Source: Hydrolagus colliei (Eukaryota). Taken from it: 64,000 bases of DNA. The position numbers and the translations under genes are program-made. Position 1 is the stretch's first letter. Each line of letters opens with the position of its first letter. The stretch lies in contig CM068744.1 in assembly GCA_035084275.1 (NCBI GenBank), positions 23,374,001 to 23,438,000 on the forward strand, written 5' to 3'. Positions 62,808 through 64,000 of the stretch are shown one piece after another. The notes beneath the pieces were generated by a model that was given only the letters and a program-made list of their open reading frames with translations, was not told the DNA's origin and did no database searches.

Positions 62808-63377
62808 TAGGGTCCGGCGATATATCAATATATCGGTTATATCCGATATAATTTTCATATCGATACGCTGATATAGACATTTTAAAAATATCGATATATC
62901 GCAAAACTGATATATCGGGGTAAAAATCGGAATGCGCGCGCACTGAACCACAAGACCCAGAATGCTCATCTCTGTACACAATGCACAGACCGAGGTGCAA
63001 GCCGCCATATTGTATTCATAGTCCTCGAATACAATATACAGGTATGCAAGGGGTGGTGGGGGGATAGAGACGGGTGGGGGGTGAGAGAGAGACCGGGGGG
63101 GGGGGGGGGAGAGAGACCGGTGGGGGGGGGATGGGAGACTGGGGGGATGTGATAATATTCAGATAGATAGAGATGGGGGGGATGTGAGAGAGGAGAGAGA
63201 CACAGGCAGAAAGAGATATTTACCTCCTGAGGAGATAGGCCCCGAATGCGCGCGCACCTTGCAACGTGCGCACATGCGCAGTACGAAACCCCCCCGAAAA
63301 TATCGATATGTCAGTATATCTCGATATGAGCCCGTCGATATATCTAAATCAGAAAATTTCCATATCAACGGACCCTA
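62808..63377. mobile_element. Non-autonomous hAT transposon, copy 2 (570 bp)
   Basis: Same TIRs and arms as 11026-12385. Perfect 8-bp TSD cttggcag (62800-62807, 63378-63385). Confidence 0.92.
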
Positions 63378-63570
63378 CTTGGCAGTAAGTGTTGGCAGGC
63401 TGCTTGACTGTAGAGAGCGTCACAGACTAGCCTAACCTTATCTCACCTAGCTGCCATGCACATGCGCATGCACGCACACACAAGCAGTAGAGGAGGATGA
63501 TGAAGATGCAGTACGTCTGGCTATATTTTACCTTCCTAACCCTTGGGAGGCCAGGACCAATTGGGGTACT
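63378..63570 (-). mobile_element. Ancient AmnSINE2-like relic (target of hAT copy 2)
   Basis: Rejoined flanks gtaagccttggcagtaagtgttggcaggctgcttgactg match the reverse of recalled AmnSINE2 cggtcgaatagcctgccgacactcactgtctaggctcac. Confidence 0.55.
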
Positions 63571-64000
63571 GCACTGCGTGAAGGCCTCTATTTAATTGCG
63601 AGTTATTCTATAGTTGTTTCAGTATTAAAAATGTGCTCAATGCTGGTGATAGTAATGGTGAAAGGAATCCTGGGTTTTGGGTACTTTGCTGGTTTATATT
63701 GGCAGATCTCCACACACTTCCTGGTGATATTGGTTGTGAAGTCTTCATATATAACACAAGTCTGATTTGGATTAAGAGTAGAAGAGTTAATCCTCATAAA
63801 TTCATACTCATTTTAATACAATTTTAAATTGTAATTTTAAGTTTAAACCAATCTAATCTGTTGCTTCTGTAGTTTTGGTGCCTTTAGCATTAGCACCATC
63901 ATGCATCACTATATGTTACATCAGAACATAAGAAATGCTAGGCGATAAAGGACCAAGGTCCATCTAGTTTCCATTCCATCTTCCCAGTGGTCGCATGCAC

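Overview
Vertebrate genomic DNA. The repeat families point to a cartilaginous fish, probably a chimaera/holocephalan (inferred, not proven). The whole window lies inside one + strand gene, NBAS (neuroblastoma-amplified sequence; NRZ ER-tethering complex and NMD factor). I traced 18 internal coding exons (890-62148), all GT-AG and in compatible phase, splicing to 2803 nt of open frame (~934 codons). As I recall the human gene, these match about exons 28-45. Both ends of the gene lie outside the window. The introns are dense with transposons: two L2 LINE families, CR1, a young composite tRNA-derived SINE plus older DeuSINE- and AmnSINE2-like relics, two Penelope remnants with hammerhead-ribozyme cores, and several DNA transposons. 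The latter are two hAT MITE copies, a Tc2-like MITE, a P-like element with a 6-bp TSD, an internally deleted Tigger and a CGGBP1-like hAT transposase fossil. There is one assembly gap (16023-16185). I found no convincing wholly new system. The most notable patterns are non-autonomous DNA transposons of unrelated superfamilies carrying internal expanded minisatellites, a perfect 46-bp hairpin enclosing a hammerhead core, and modular SINE domain shuffling. Family names come from recalled consensus motifs and need a database check.
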